Shown here: piece after piece, positions 39,455-50,710 of the stretch | Numbering within the stretch: position 1 is the first letter of the stretch | Layout: the number at the start of each line of letters is the position of its first letter | Program-made: the position numbers and the translations under genes | IMG/VR virus record: IMGVR_UViG_3300050343_000265 | Location: 19,954 to 83,953 of that record | Strand: one strand, 5' to 3' | DNA: 64,000 bases | Source: a virus | The notes under the pieces: generated by a model | Seen by the model: only the letters and a program-made list of their open reading frames with translations | What the model was told of the DNA's origin: nothing | The model's database searches: none

Positions 39455-39754
39455 TTAGAAAACGAATGCATTACATACAGCTTGATAGTTAACTTCTCCG
39501 CCAAAGACTTCGTCAATAGCAGTCTTCGATTCACGCTCAAGTTTGCTGTCAACTTTTGACAATGCAAAGCCATAACAAGCTTCTGCAATCTGACCTGCAT
39601 AATTATTTCTGATTTCAATTGCAGCAGCACTGCCTTGCAAATTTTGTGAAGCTGTAGTTGCAGAATTGATGAGACCACTGGTAGAGAAAGCAAGTGGTAC
39701 ACCGACAGCAGCAATAGCAGCGGAGCGGACGAGGTTGTTAATGTCTAGGTTCAT
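39455..39754 (-). CDS. Hypothetical membrane-anchored protein
   Basis: N-terminal hydrophobic segment. Confidence 0.6.
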   Translation of the reverse strand: MNLDINNLVRSAAIAAVGVPLAFSTSGLINSATTASQNLQGSAAAIEIRNNYAGQIAEACYGFALSKVDSKLERESKTAIDEVFGGEVNYQAVCNAFVF

Positions 39755-39789
39755 AATAAAAATAAATAAATGTGTTTGTGTTTAGATAA

Positions 39790-40449
39790 TCAATAGTCAG
39801 GTACAGGGTCTACTTCGCCGTAGCCCTTTGCTTGGCCCGTTGTTCGAGCTTGAGAATTAGATCTCTCCTTTTCTTTGCGAGTAGTGAAGTCGTTTGCAAC
39901 GATTGCACGGTAAGGGCTTGCGTCACCTTCCTTGCGGTATTCACGGAGATAGCCATGGACGCATATGCCACGTCCACTACGGATTCGATCGCTAAGTTTG
40001 GACTTCCTGCTTTCATGGAGTTCCATAAAGAGCCAGGTAGTGACGTCAGCGTTATCCAGGGTAGTCCCAATTTTGGTTGCGATTTGTCCATTCTTGCGTT
40101 CCTTAATGTCGTTAGATCCAAAGAATGCATTACCTAGGACAACCTGATTGCAATACATATCCTGTGGAATGTTGAACTCGACAGTGGTTACCATCAGATC
40201 CAATGGCTGTGCTGTGTCCTCAGAGAAAACAAGATAGCCAGTGATCAGTGCACGATTACCTTTCTTCCATTCGAGGAACGAGTCGAGCTTGGGACCGGAT
40301 CTGTCGTAACAGAGAACTCGGAGTTTGACCTCGTTGTCACCACTGCCAGCGGGGATAACAGCATCAGCCCCGCGATAGTCCAACCCATAAGCATTGATCG
40401 GATCTGAAATAATGGATCTGAGTTCAACTGTGGCTGCGATAAAATTCAT
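39790..40449 (-). CDS. Tandem OB-fold SSB-like protein
   Basis: Two SSB-like halves (KKGNRALITGYL; NQVVLG...GRGICVHGYLRE). Confidence 0.6.
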   Translation of the reverse strand: MNFIAATVELRSIISDPINAYGLDYRGADAVIPAGSGDNEVKLRVLCYDRSGPKLDSFLEWKKGNRALITGYLVFSEDTAQPLDLMVTTVEFNIPQDMYCNQVVLGNAFFGSNDIKERKNGQIATKIGTTLDNADVTTWLFMELHESRKSKLSDRIRSGRGICVHGYLREYRKEGDASPYRAIVANDFTTRKEKERSNSQARTTGQAKGYGEVDPVPDY

Positions 40450-40485
40450 TATTGCCTATATATTTATCAGTCTTTAATATAAGCA

Positions 40486-41109
40486 TTAAGACCACATGGC
40501 GCGAGATATAGTTGGTAATTCTGTGTCAAGAATCTCTCCGATCTGTCTAGCAATTTGTGAGTGCTCGACTTGAGTCCCATGACTGGCTCGCAGATCAATA
40601 TAGTGCAGCCAACTTCGTATAGTGCCTGACATATACATCCTAGTTTTGGTACTTAGAGGAAGGACGTTACGTGCACATTCTTTAGCAACACCATAAGCGA
40701 GCAGCTTTTTGTATAAAGAGTTTGACTTATTGTTATGCAAAGTGATCATATCCTGTAATTCTTCTGATAGCTCTTCAGGAAAATCATCAATAGAATTTTG
40801 GCGATTATCTAAGTCCTGTCTACGAAGTTGGGGTACTTCTATTTCAGTGACTTCTGCATAGCGCTGAGAGAACTCTTGAAATGAGAACGATCTGTGCCTG
40901 AGGATTTGCGCTCCAATAGCTCTTGTAGTCTGAATCTCGACGCACATGGACGCCATTTCGAATGGACTCCAGTGCTTGTGCTTGATGAGATATTTGATGA
41001 GACGTTCGACATTGGGATTATCCTCGTTAGCTGGATTGGATACTCGGGCAAGTTTGCCGATTAATCTTTCGGCATCAGGTGTTACCCATACCAGTTTAGC
41101 TGTGTGCAT
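40486..41109 (-). CDS. thyX: FAD-dependent thymidylate synthase
   Basis: RHRSFSFQEFSQRY; HWSPFE; ARNVLP. Confidence 0.95.
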   Translation of the reverse strand: MHTAKLVWVTPDAERLIGKLARVSNPANEDNPNVERLIKYLIKHKHWSPFEMASMCVEIQTTRAIGAQILRHRSFSFQEFSQRYAEVTEIEVPQLRRQDLDNRQNSIDDFPEELSEELQDMITLHNNKSNSLYKKLLAYGVAKECARNVLPLSTKTRMYMSGTIRSWLHYIDLRASHGTQVEHSQIARQIGEILDTELPTISRAMWS

Positions 41110-41192
41110 GTATTGCTAGGAGTTGACGTAATTGTTTGACAGTTAATTTATTTGCACGCTCTCTGACGTAGAGACAGAGATCGTCTATGTAA

Positions 41193-41480
41193 TCACTCTT
41201 CAGTTTTGATTTTGCCATATAAATTTGGTCGTATCTTTCCGTAGCCAGATTGAATCTTTAGCAATTCACCCTTACCTTTGAGCTTATCGTAATAAGCATC
41301 AAAGATATCGGCCATTGTGTATGCACGAACTACATCATAAGCAAGATTGCCATCAATACTATAAGAAACGATATGGCAATCAGATGGTAAGTGGCTGTCT
41401 GCAAAGGTCTTAGGATTAATCTCTTGGTCTACGATTTGAATTTTAATCTTTTCTTTTACAGTAAATTCAAGGGGAGGCAT
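41193..41480 (-). CDS. Hypothetical protein
   Basis: ORF track. Confidence 0.6.
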   Translation of the reverse strand: MPPLEFTVKEKIKIQIVDQEINPKTFADSHLPSDCHIVSYSIDGNLAYDVVRAYTMADIFDAYYDKLKGKGELLKIQSGYGKIRPNLYGKIKTEE

Positions 41481-42212
41481 TTATGCGTATTGCGGTAGAT
41501 TTTGATTAGCGGTTTCAAAGAAAGCAGGCATACGTGATGCACGAGTATCAATTAATCCCTCTGCTTTACCTCTGGAGTAGAGCGAATCTGAATTCGCCAG
41601 CCAGAAGTTTGACGACAGATGCTTATGCTCTGCTTCCCCTTTGAGGGATTGAAGGCACCAAGCAACCGTAGCTCGCCTAAGGTTATTGAGGGTTTTGTCA
41701 GACTTAAGTCCAAGCGCTTCACACACGAGTGTGTTCGCCGCGACATGGGTCTGTTCGTCTCTTGAGATGTCGGCGGATGTTGTGCGTAATCCTGTATCTC
41801 CCAGTCGTCGGAAGATGGGCAGTAAGACGAAGAAGACTGATCTCTCAAGTACCACAGCTTTGAGAACAGGATGGCGGTCCAACTCAAGCCAGGTTTTACA
41901 AATGTGTGCAGCTTCTTTCTCAAACCGAGGGGAGACTCCGTGTGCAGCAGCTGCGAAATTAAGGGCAATGTCATGTTTCTCTTCATCAACAACGTTAGAA
42001 GCAAGTAGTTCCTTACAGCCTTTAACGTCAGGCAGATCGCCCTTCATAGCGTCAGCAATAAAATCACCAACGGGAATCTCAAGACAACGTAGCGCTAATG
42101 CACGTTGAATGACTTCTTCGCCACCATCAAGTAGCTGACCAGCTGATACTTGAACTGGAGTCCAGGTACGCTTGCGCTGGTGAAGATGAATGTAAGGAGT
42201 TTCTGCTTTCAT
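41481..42212 (-). CDS. nrdB: Ribonucleotide reductase small subunit (ferritin-like)
   Basis: LE...DEEKH...LE...DEQTH di-metal ligands, directly after RNR alpha. Confidence 0.75.
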   Translation of the reverse strand: MKAETPYIHLHQRKRTWTPVQVSAGQLLDGGEEVIQRALALRCLEIPVGDFIADAMKGDLPDVKGCKELLASNVVDEEKHDIALNFAAAAHGVSPRFEKEAAHICKTWLELDRHPVLKAVVLERSVFFVLLPIFRRLGDTGLRTTSADISRDEQTHVAANTLVCEALGLKSDKTLNNLRRATVAWCLQSLKGEAEHKHLSSNFWLANSDSLYSRGKAEGLIDTRASRMPAFFETANQNLPQYA

Positions 42213-42229
42213 TGGATTGGGTATAGGGT

Positions 42230-43654
42230 TTATTCAGCGCAGCCAACACAGGCTGCAGGGTCATTAAAGATGTTGATAATGCCGTCATCATCGTCGTCAC
42301 CGTCGTTGAATCCGAACATAGTTCCAAAATCACCGTCTAGTGCAGCAAGTGCATCATCTTTTGCCTGGGTATTCTGCATAACTTGCAAGCTGTAGTACAG
42401 CGAAGTTTGGGGAGAATCAAGCCAAGCTTCAATAAAGTCATCGTCGTATTGAACAACGTCGCTCCATGAATTGAAACTATAGCCATGCGCCAGGCCGGTG
42501 CGTTTAAGCATTTCCATAATGCCATCGACTACACGTTTGTAGTTGTCCCAGCCAACTGAATCGGCTGTTTCAACTTCTCCGTAATCGAATGTTTCGACAC
42601 CGAATGTAGAGCTGTCCCTATCCACTGTGCGTCCGATTGGCGGTGCAATTTCGGGGGCCGTGGTATAGCCAGCTCGGTCTGTGTAACGGTAACTACATGA
42701 GGCAGTTGGAGCAATAGCAAAGCAGCGATCCATATTGGCCCGTTCTGCAATAGCTGCTGCTGAATCAACACCTAGCTGAAGTTCTTTAACTATCTTACGT
42801 GCTTCTGGAGTCGTAATGTAATCACCTTCGGGATACAAATGCGCAGTAAGTGCTTCGCCAAACTGTTCGTAAGTGACGTTCTCCAGAGCCAATAGATTTG
42901 CTAGTCCAAGCATTCCAAGTCCTACCTGACGATCCTCCTTTTGAGTGAGATACTCACCAGTCTTTTCAACACCAGTTTTTGAATGCAGATCAATAAGCTC
43001 TGACATCCCTGCAATAAATGCGGATGGAATATCTTCAGGACGACAAGCGCCCAAGTTTATATGTTCCAAAAGACAAGTGCCACGGCTCTTGAGAAAAACC
43101 TCAAGGCAAACGTTGGCATAAATACGCTCACCATGCTGATCGCTGCGGATCTTGGCAAGCCAGATGTCACCACGAGCAATGCCTTTGAGGATTGCATCTT
43201 TGACTGCAGGCTTGGCCATGTCCCACATGACGTTAGACAAGTTAATGCAACGCTTAGCCCAAGGGATTTCATGCCTAGGCATGTTTACAAACTCAAGAAT
43301 ATCCCGATGATTGCAATCTAGGTGGAGCACAACAGCGCCGTTCTTGTAGACCCCACCTCTACGTAGTTGCTCATTCAAACAGCTATAGATTTTGCCAAAT
43401 GAGCAAGGCCCCGAACTTACTAGCCCTTTACCGTTGTCATGCCCGGCAGGACGGATCTTAGAAAGATGTACAGCAACGCCTGCTCCAAAACGTAGTCCAT
43501 GACTCACGTAGCGCCAGCTGGCCTCAATTCCATTAGGTCCTTCCATGCTGTCTTCGACAACAAATACTGTGCAGCTGACAGGGAGGCGACTGGCTGGATC
43601 ATCAATCCAATTTTGTACACGACCAGTTCGTGCAATTACCTGATTATTTTCCAT
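42230..43654 (-). CDS. nrdA: Ribonucleotide reductase large subunit (short cyanopodovirus-type)
   Basis: PVSC, NVCLE, TCLL, APTASCS, SLYY, C-terminal CVGC; ATG 43654. Confidence 0.9.
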   Translation of the reverse strand: MENNQVIARTGRVQNWIDDPASRLPVSCTVFVVEDSMEGPNGIEASWRYVSHGLRFGAGVAVHLSKIRPAGHDNGKGLVSSGPCSFGKIYSCLNEQLRRGGVYKNGAVVLHLDCNHRDILEFVNMPRHEIPWAKRCINLSNVMWDMAKPAVKDAILKGIARGDIWLAKIRSDQHGERIYANVCLEVFLKSRGTCLLEHINLGACRPEDIPSAFIAGMSELIDLHSKTGVEKTGEYLTQKEDRQVGLGMLGLANLLALENVTYEQFGEALTAHLYPEGDYITTPEARKIVKELQLGVDSAAAIAERANMDRCFAIAPTASCSYRYTDRAGYTTAPEIAPPIGRTVDRDSSTFGVETFDYGEVETADSVGWDNYKRVVDGIMEMLKRTGLAHGYSFNSWSDVVQYDDDFIEAWLDSPQTSLYYSLQVMQNTQAKDDALAALDGDFGTMFGFNDGDDDDDGIINIFNDPAACVGCAE

Positions 43655-44087
43655 TGGTGTCGTAGTAATTAAGTTGAGGTTTTGGTAAACAGTCAGCCAG
43701 ATCAGGCGGTAAATACGATGGACCTTTAAGGACCTTTCCGTCTTCTCTATAAATTGGCTTTCCTTGTTCATCTAGTTTACTGAGATTAGACTCATAAACG
43801 AGTTGCATAGCCTTATCTAAATCGATGCCATAAGTAGCAGCAAATTGATAGCAAACAAAGACAAGGTCTGATAGTTCCTTTACAAGTTCTTCTCTACGAT
43901 TTGTATTTTCAGGATCAGCAAAGCATTCATCCGCAGCAGTCATAAACTCCTGGCCTTCTTCAGCTATTAATCGTAGCTGCATATCCCATAAATTCTTTTT
44001 AATAAATCCAAACCTAGAGATATTGTCAAGAGTTTCTTGATTAAAGATCTCTCTGAATTTACGTGCTTGATCAAGTAATGTCATCAT
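43644..44087 (-). CDS. MazG-like NTP pyrophosphohydrolase
   Basis: LIAEEGQEF...KELSDLVFV...SNLSKL...REDGKVLKGPSY. Confidence 0.85.
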   Translation of the reverse strand: MMTLLDQARKFREIFNQETLDNISRFGFIKKNLWDMQLRLIAEEGQEFMTAADECFADPENTNRREELVKELSDLVFVCYQFAATYGIDLDKAMQLVYESNLSKLDEQGKPIYREDGKVLKGPSYLPPDLADCLPKPQLNYYDTNGK

Positions 44088-44311
44088 TATTCCCTGAATG
44101 TGATGCGTCCTCTTGTTAAATCAAAAGGACTAAGTTCTACGGTAACTCGATCACCAACCAAGAGCTGGATCTTACGTGTTACCAATTTTCCTGATGCTCT
44201 ACACAAACACTTATGTTCTGCTGGCTCATCTAGTTCAACATTGAAGTATCCGTTGCCGCTCTCCTTAAAGATGACACCTTTCGTTTCAATGACATTTGCT
44301 TTTTTGCTCAT
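44087..44311 (-). CDS. infA: Translation initiation factor IF-1 homologue
   Basis: VIETKGVI...N..F.VELD...SGKL...I.LLVGDRVTVELSPFDLTRGRITFR. Confidence 0.9.
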   Translation of the reverse strand: MSKKANVIETKGVIFKESGNGYFNVELDEPAEHKCLCRASGKLVTRKIQLLVGDRVTVELSPFDLTRGRITFRE

Positions 44312-44459
44312 ATTCTTTTACAGATTTGAAATATAGTTTGTTGTATTTAACGATCATCTCGTTAATTACTTCGCGGTCGTCAAGCTCATCAATAGCAATT
44401 AAGTGCTGAGAGCATCCATGAAGCTCACCAATAAGGAGTAAGTATTGTTCAGGCTGCAT
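44286..44459 (-). CDS. Small hypothetical protein (57 aa)
   Basis: Manual: MQPEQYLLLIGELHGCSQH... Confidence 0.5.
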   Translation of the reverse strand: MQPEQYLLLIGELHGCSQHLIAIDELDDREVINEMIVKYNKLYFKSVKEYEQKSKCH

Positions 44460-44664
44460 TAAAACCTTTTAATTTTTTGTGTTTCTTTTTATCTTTCTTA
44501 TACAGATTATGTGGCCCAATTTTACAAAGCTGCTCATCGCTTTCCTTAGAAAGGATAGAACACATTTGATCTACTGCCATGGCAAATATACCCGCATGAG
44601 ACAGTTTGGCAACCATGTGATGTGACAGATCAAATATAAACTCTTCACGCTCATTTTCTGTCAT
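44449..44664 (-). CDS. Hypothetical protein
   Basis: ORF track. Confidence 0.55.
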   Translation of the reverse strand: MTENEREEFIFDLSHHMVAKLSHAGIFAMAVDQMCSILSKESDEQLCKIGPHNLYKKDKKKHKKLKGFNAA

Positions 44665-45008
44665 TCTGGATGTGCGTATGTGTAGGCATCGAGTGTTGCT
44701 TGGAGGTGCTCAATAATTGAGTTAGCTCCCACGAATCGTTCAACAGATTCTTCTCGATAGTCACAGTCTTCATCGCCGTCTTCATCTAGTCGGCAGGAAA
44801 CCTCCTCATGAACGACGACGAGTGTTGGTGACAGTTCCACCGATAACTCCTCCGCCAACGCTGTAGGGCTGCCTGAGGGTGCTTTAAGAGGGACAAAGTC
44901 CAACTCAGCCGCTTCGTTTTCTGTGAGAGTTTTGACGTGGTCCTTGAGACGATCGCAAGGAGCACACCCGTCTTGGGTAAAAACATAGAGCTTGTAGTTT
45001 TTCATCAT
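44661..45008 (-). CDS. Thioredoxin/glutaredoxin-like protein
   Basis: VFTQDGCAPC, SPTLVV, RFVG. Confidence 0.75.
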   Translation of the reverse strand: MMKNYKLYVFTQDGCAPCDRLKDHVKTLTENEAAELDFVPLKAPSGSPTALAEELSVELSPTLVVVHEEVSCRLDEDGDEDCDYREESVERFVGANSIIEHLQATLDAYTYAHPE

Positions 45009-45012
45009 TGTT

Positions 45013-45321
45013 TTAAGCAGGATTACCATCAGTGAAATAGAAACCACCGATACAGTTCTCGTTATTTGATATTACTAAATGTCGTGCATGTTGATAACAT
45101 CTCATACCCATATGATAGGAAATCATGACGGGATCACCAACATTAACGGTATCGAGTTTGCTGCACATGATTAGACGTACAGCAGGTGGTTTACGTTTGT
45201 ACTGGATCTCTGCTTCATAAGCAAGGTGTGGGTCCTCTTCCATTGTGTTGGGGTTAAAAACTGTTCTGACTTTTGGTGCAGTCACTGGGATTGCTTCCAT
45301 TTCAGACATTAGTTTTTTCAA
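45013..45321 (-). CDS. Hypothetical protein
   Basis: ORF track. Confidence 0.5.
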   Translation of the reverse strand: MKKLMSEMEAIPVTAPKVRTVFNPNTMEEDPHLAYEAEIQYKRKPPAVRLIMCSKLDTVNVGDPVMISYHMGMRCYQHARHLVISNNENCIGGFYFTDGNPA

Positions 45322-45449
45322 GTTCTTCTTCCTCTAAGTAAATACAAAAGTCATCAAAGTCCATTGGTCCAAGCCAGTCATCGTATAGATACTGGGGAGT
45401 GGGGTCGAAGTCGTCGAGGTATTCCTCAAACTTGACCCGCTTCTCTTGT

Positions 45450-45653
45450 TCAGTCATTAGTCCATTGAAATGAAATATTTGAAGCATCTTCTATAAATGC
45501 TTCTTCGAGTTCCTCATATCCCTTGTCAGAAAGGTCATCCTGTAAATGAGGTGAGTTGTCTATATAAACAGGAATGAGTTGTTCTATTTGACGCATGAGT
45601 GAGTTTGCAAGAAATGCTCGAAACCGTGTTTGTTCTTTTGCTGTAAGTGTCAT
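45450..45653 (-). CDS. Hypothetical protein
   Basis: ORF track. Confidence 0.5.
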   Translation of the reverse strand: MTLTAKEQTRFRAFLANSLMRQIEQLIPVYIDNSPHLQDDLSDKGYEELEEAFIEDASNISFQWTND

Positions 45654-45789
45654 TTGTTTGTAATTAGACGGTATGTTGTACGACGCTTACCGTTAGCTAA
45701 ACGTCGATTCAGCAAAGCCAATTCTTTTTTGGCAAGTTCTTCATCCTCAAAGGATTCTTTGGTGACCCAGACTTGTTGTTGAATGTGAA

Positions 45790-46056
45790 TCATGAGTTAG
45801 GCAGGTGCAGTTTTAGCGGAGGTAGATACTTTTTCTCAGCAAGGTACACTTCGACTTCCTGGCGCTGATCGCTAGTGAGATAACCAAACATGATGTTGAG
45901 TATTTGGTTGAGATAATGGTCAGGATGTTCTGGTGAGTCTTGGGCCAATCCTGCGTGACACAGGAGTACGACATCGAGCACGTCATAGTCTGGTAACTTG
46001 TCAACGTTCATTTGTAAATTGGATGTATTCGGTGGGATTTTCTGCAAAATAATCAA
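45790..46056 (-). CDS. Hypothetical protein (true start probably internal MNVDK)
   Basis: ORF track. Confidence 0.5.
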   Translation of the reverse strand: MIILQKIPPNTSNLQMNVDKLPDYDVLDVVLLCHAGLAQDSPEHPDHYLNQILNIMFGYLTSDQRQEVEVYLAEKKYLPPLKLHLPNS

Positions 46057-46167
46057 GTAGTTCTAGAAGCCGACATGCTGTAATGTGCTCCCCATCAATA
46101 GATAATTGGAGGAGCACACTGTTGAGATAACGTCTAGCAGCCAGCAGTTCGGTAACTGCCCGTGATG

Positions 46168-46395
46168 TCATTCCTCTTTTTCTTCCTCTTCTTTCTTCTG
46201 TAGTTGTAACTGTGTTCTGGAATATTCAGATACACAGTCGTCAACAATAATCTCGAGCTCTTGTGAGTCCAGCTCTTCAAGTGCCATTGCACAGACAGAG
46301 CGGCGGATGGTCATTGTCATAGATGGATAGTTGTCGATTAGATATGCGTCAATATCAAAAATGAAATCGCGCTCATAATCAGTTTTTACAGGCAT
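46168..46395 (-). CDS. Hypothetical acidic protein
   Basis: ORF track, coupled. Confidence 0.55.
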   Translation of the reverse strand: MPVKTDYERDFIFDIDAYLIDNYPSMTMTIRRSVCAMALEELDSQELEIIVDDCVSEYSRTQLQLQKKEEEEKEE

Positions 46396-47048
46396 CAGAA
46401 GTCATCCTCTTTATTTACTTCAGTTGTTGGCAAAGCACGAAGTTCATCAAGAACAGCAACTTCAGTAGGAACGCCAGAGATCTCTGCAGAAAGAATTTGT
46501 ACTGCATCTGTAACGCTGGCAATAATTCCTTCTTTATCTCTGTCAGAACGAAGATCGCGGAGCTGCTCATACATATGAGTGTCAGAAACACGCTCGCCAT
46601 CTAGGTAGATGTTGGCGAATGAAGGACGCATGCCTTGATCACCACGCTTGGACCAGAAGGTAAACGGTGTGTTGAAGTCATACATCGTTGACCCCATGAT
46701 GCCCATCAAAGCTGTGACGACAGCTTGTGACCACATGGTTTCTACACCAGAAGTGAAGCAAAGCTTGATACCACCAGGACCACGCAGCTTGAGATTTAGT
46801 TTTGATGCTTTGAATGTACCAATGTCATGAACAATTTCAATGCCATAGCAGACAACATTTTTGAATGATTGTAGTGGCTTGCCGTTTGCTTGATTAAGAA
46901 GAGCAATGGGCTTGGAGTCTTTGTAGAAGAAAAATACAGCGTCAGATTCTTTCATTACGCCAACTCCAATAAGTAGGTCGTAATCAACTGGCGCAGATAG
47001 ACCACCAGTAAACTCAGAAATAATTGAAGCAGGATTAGCGATTGTCAT
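46395..47048 (-). CDS. Hypothetical protein
   Basis: 217 aa ORF preceded by hairpin element at 47091. Confidence 0.65.
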   Translation of the reverse strand: MTIANPASIISEFTGGLSAPVDYDLLIGVGVMKESDAVFFFYKDSKPIALLNQANGKPLQSFKNVVCYGIEIVHDIGTFKASKLNLKLRGPGGIKLCFTSGVETMWSQAVVTALMGIMGSTMYDFNTPFTFWSKRGDQGMRPSFANIYLDGERVSDTHMYEQLRDLRSDRDKEGIIASVTDAVQILSAEISGVPTEVAVLDELRALPTTEVNKEDDF

Positions 47049-47111
47049 AGTAAAAAGTAAGTGAATGCCATATAGGCAATAGGAAATAAAGGACCCATTA
47101 GGGTCCGTATA

Positions 47112-47276
47112 TCAGCGGTTTCGAGCAGGATCTAAAGCCATTAGCCGATTGGCTTGTGCTTGACAACGATCAGCTACTAGTTGATAAACCTCTTGTGGGT
47201 TATCAGCTTCGTGCTCTCGAATTAATTGCAGCAGGAAATGCATGAACAGTCCTGTTAGTTCGCTTGTATTTTTCAT
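47112..47276 (-). CDS. Small hypothetical protein
   Basis: Manual: MKNTSELTGLFMHFLLQL... Confidence 0.45.
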   Translation of the reverse strand: MKNTSELTGLFMHFLLQLIREHEADNPQEVYQLVADRCQAQANRLMALDPARNR

Positions 47277-47279
47277 TCG

Positions 47280-47447
47280 TCAGGCAGGTGCTAGTTCTCC
47301 AGCCATCTCAGCCAACTTGGCTGTAGCGCGGCATTGAAGAACGATCCAGGCAAGCTCACCTGATAGTTGATTTGTGTCGCAGAAATATTCGATTGTGTCG
47401 TCTATCAAACCTTCCAGCTCGGACAGCTGGTCGCGTGACAATTGCAT
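47280..47447 (-). CDS. Small cyanophage-type protein
   Basis: Manual: MQLSRDQLSELEGLIDDTIEYFCDTNQLSGELAW... Confidence 0.55.
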   Translation of the reverse strand: MQLSRDQLSELEGLIDDTIEYFCDTNQLSGELAWIVLQCRATAKLAEMAGELAPA

Positions 47448-47544
47448 TCATGAGAGATATAAGTGTTCAAGCCCATCGCCGGGCACAACATAAATATAGC
47501 GCCCATTAGGGCGCATATGCTTGGTAACTAATACTTATTTAATA

Positions 47545-47886
47545 TCAACGACGACGACGTGCAGCCTTACGATCCGCTTTACGCTTTTCAGCTGCATTGT
47601 ACTGTGCGCTTCCAACTATGTTTCTTTGTGTCACGCGCTTAGATGTCGAACCGTAGGTTTTGCCACCTCGCTTCATGGATTTGATTTTTCCATCAGCACC
47701 TCTACGTGTTGCTGATGTAACTCCACCAGAGGCATTACGTTGACTAGAACGTGTTGAACCGTCGGCATTAGTACGCTTACGTGAAGTAGTACCGTCCCTG
47801 TTAGCTCGTTGCTTAATCGTGGCACCCTTCTTAGTTTTCCTAGTAGCGATTTGCCCCCGGCGTCCAGAGTAAGTAGTAGTAGGCAT
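47545..47886 (-). CDS. Highly basic Arg/Lys/Thr protein
   Basis: Composition; TACAAT box upstream. Confidence 0.6.
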   Translation of the reverse strand: MPTTTYSGRRGQIATRKTKKGATIKQRANRDGTTSRKRTNADGSTRSSQRNASGGVTSATRRGADGKIKSMKRGGKTYGSTSKRVTQRNIVGSAQYNAAEKRKADRKAARRRR

Positions 47887-47935
47887 TAGTTTAAATACAA
47901 TTCTTTTTAAATTGTATCAACTAAATATTGCTTAA

Positions 47936-48127
47936 TTACCAGAGCCCTGGGATCATTTGTCCAGTTACTGCATAACTACCAAGTGCTGCGATAATACCCA
48001 GCATTGCCAAACGGCCATTCAGTTTTTCAGCTTTTGTGTTGTGGTCCATGGTGATCTCCATTACTTGCATTTGTGGTTCTTTGGCGTAGATATTTGTTCT
48101 TCCGCCGTCTTCAATTATTGTAGTCAT
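47936..48127 (-). CDS. hli: High-light-inducible protein
   Basis: AEKLNGRLAMLG and TGQMIPGLW motifs. Confidence 0.95.
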   Translation of the reverse strand: MTTIIEDGGRTNIYAKEPQMQVMEITMDHNTKAEKLNGRLAMLGIIAALGSYAVTGQMIPGLW

Positions 48128-48329
48128 TTCTGTAATGTTTTGTTAAGCATCTTAAGTATAACCTCGAATTCTTGGTAACGAGGGTTGCGAATAGAGATAT
48201 TATTTTGCATGTAGATAACTACAGCAGCGCGAACATCGTTTAATTGTTCTTGAGTCAAGTCAATCATGATATTAAAAAAGGCCCTCGTAATGAGAGCCTA
48301 GCAAATAAATAGTTCGTAAAACAATATTG

Positions 48330-48563
48330 TCAGTGAATGCCATACCGCTTATTGTAATTCTTTTCCTTACGGCGTTCAATATCATTAACTCTTTGGGCAC
48401 GAGCAGCATTATTAGCTTGTGCTCTTTTTCCAGTACCAGAGTTAGCACTGCCTTTATTCAGTTTAGTAATTTTTTTATTGGCTGCTGTTGTGGCCCTGGT
48501 GGGATTTTTTTTAGCAACAGATTTGCGTTGAGTGCTGGTACGTCCGCCACGTCCTGTAGCCAT
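48330..48563 (-). CDS. Highly basic small protein
   Basis: Arg/Lys-rich ORF. Confidence 0.55.
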   Translation of the reverse strand: MATGRGGRTSTQRKSVAKKNPTRATTAANKKITKLNKGSANSGTGKRAQANNAARAQRVNDIERRKEKNYNKRYGIH

Positions 48564-48615
48564 GATAAATATATCGAATTACATATAGTATATCAATAAA
48601 ATTCTAAAAAGTGTG

Positions 48616-48828
48616 TCAATCATTTGACAGTACTAGAAAGAACTTTGTTTGATCTGTTGGTGAGTTTTCATAACACGAAATGTCACCGTATTCTTTATGT
48701 TCTTTGTATCCAACCATCTTTCCTTTTGTATTCATGAGGGCTGGCATGAATGCAATTAAAAGGAATACAGATGGAGCACCAATAAGTAGTGCGCCGCCGA
48801 TTACGTAGTAGGTGAGAAGTTCAATCAT
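48616..48828 (-). CDS. Small membrane protein of picocyanobacterial type
   Basis: MIELLTYYVI...FMPAL.NTKG.MVGYK. Confidence 0.6.
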   Translation of the reverse strand: MIELLTYYVIGGALLIGAPSVFLLIAFMPALMNTKGKMVGYKEHKEYGDISCYENSPTDQTKFFLVLSND

Positions 48829-49252
48829 TATTTATACTTTGGTTATGTTTGCTGTGCTTAAGCACATACTCAGTAAGACGTTGTAAGTGCTTTGGACTAT
48901 CTTCGACAAGTCCTAATACGATGTTGCAATCCTTGCAGAGTAGTTCTCTTACAGTTCCAGTTACATGGTCGTGATCCACACACCATTGGTTGTGCTTTCC
49001 TCTAGGTTCTGAAGTACCGCAGCAGGCGCACTTGGAGCCTTGAGCAAGCACCATCCTATTGAAAGTAGCAAGAGTGATGCCGTAATTACGCTGATAGTGT
49101 AAATCTCTTGCTCGTTCTGGGTCTCGGGTAGCCTTAACCCTTGTTTTAGTACACTCTTTACATTCATATTTATAACCGTTAGGTCGTGAGTTGTCTACAT
49201 AAAACTCTGATATTTCTTTTATTGTTTTACACTTGCAACATTTTCGTTCCAT
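48821..49252 (-). CDS. Endonuclease VII-motif homing endonuclease (F-CphI-like)
   Basis: CxxC pairs, YGITL..F..M...Q...C, VDHDHVTG.VR.LLC..CN; directly downstream of psbA. Confidence 0.8.
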   Translation of the reverse strand: MERKCCKCKTIKEISEFYVDNSRPNGYKYECKECTKTRVKATRDPERARDLHYQRNYGITLATFNRMVLAQGSKCACCGTSEPRGKHNQWCVDHDHVTGTVRELLCKDCNIVLGLVEDSPKHLQRLTEYVLKHSKHNQSINND

Positions 49253-49302
49253 AAAAAAGGCCCACACTTGTGAGCCTATCTAAACTAATTGACGCTTGTG
49301 GA

Positions 49303-50390
<1,088 letters not shown>

Positions 50391-50710
50391 TTAATTAATG
50401 CGGTGTTTTGTTTATTTGGGTTAGTACTCGCGTGTGGTTAACGCTACTTAACAATCATACCTTGAATGTTAAGGAATGAACACAGTATATATACTTAAAG
50501 GTCGAGATCTTGGGTTCTAATTTTATAGTCTCGCTGGAAATCTCGTGATTGCTTACGTTCTTTAAGCTCGTGTTCGAGATGTGAGGAAAATCCTTTTGTA
50601 GTTGGATGCTTAATAGTCTTTGACATTCTTTTCTCCTATTTAGTTTTAGTTAGGAGCAGGGAATGCTCCCAACTATGTTTAATATATCAGCGAATCACAC
50701 ACTGGTGAGA

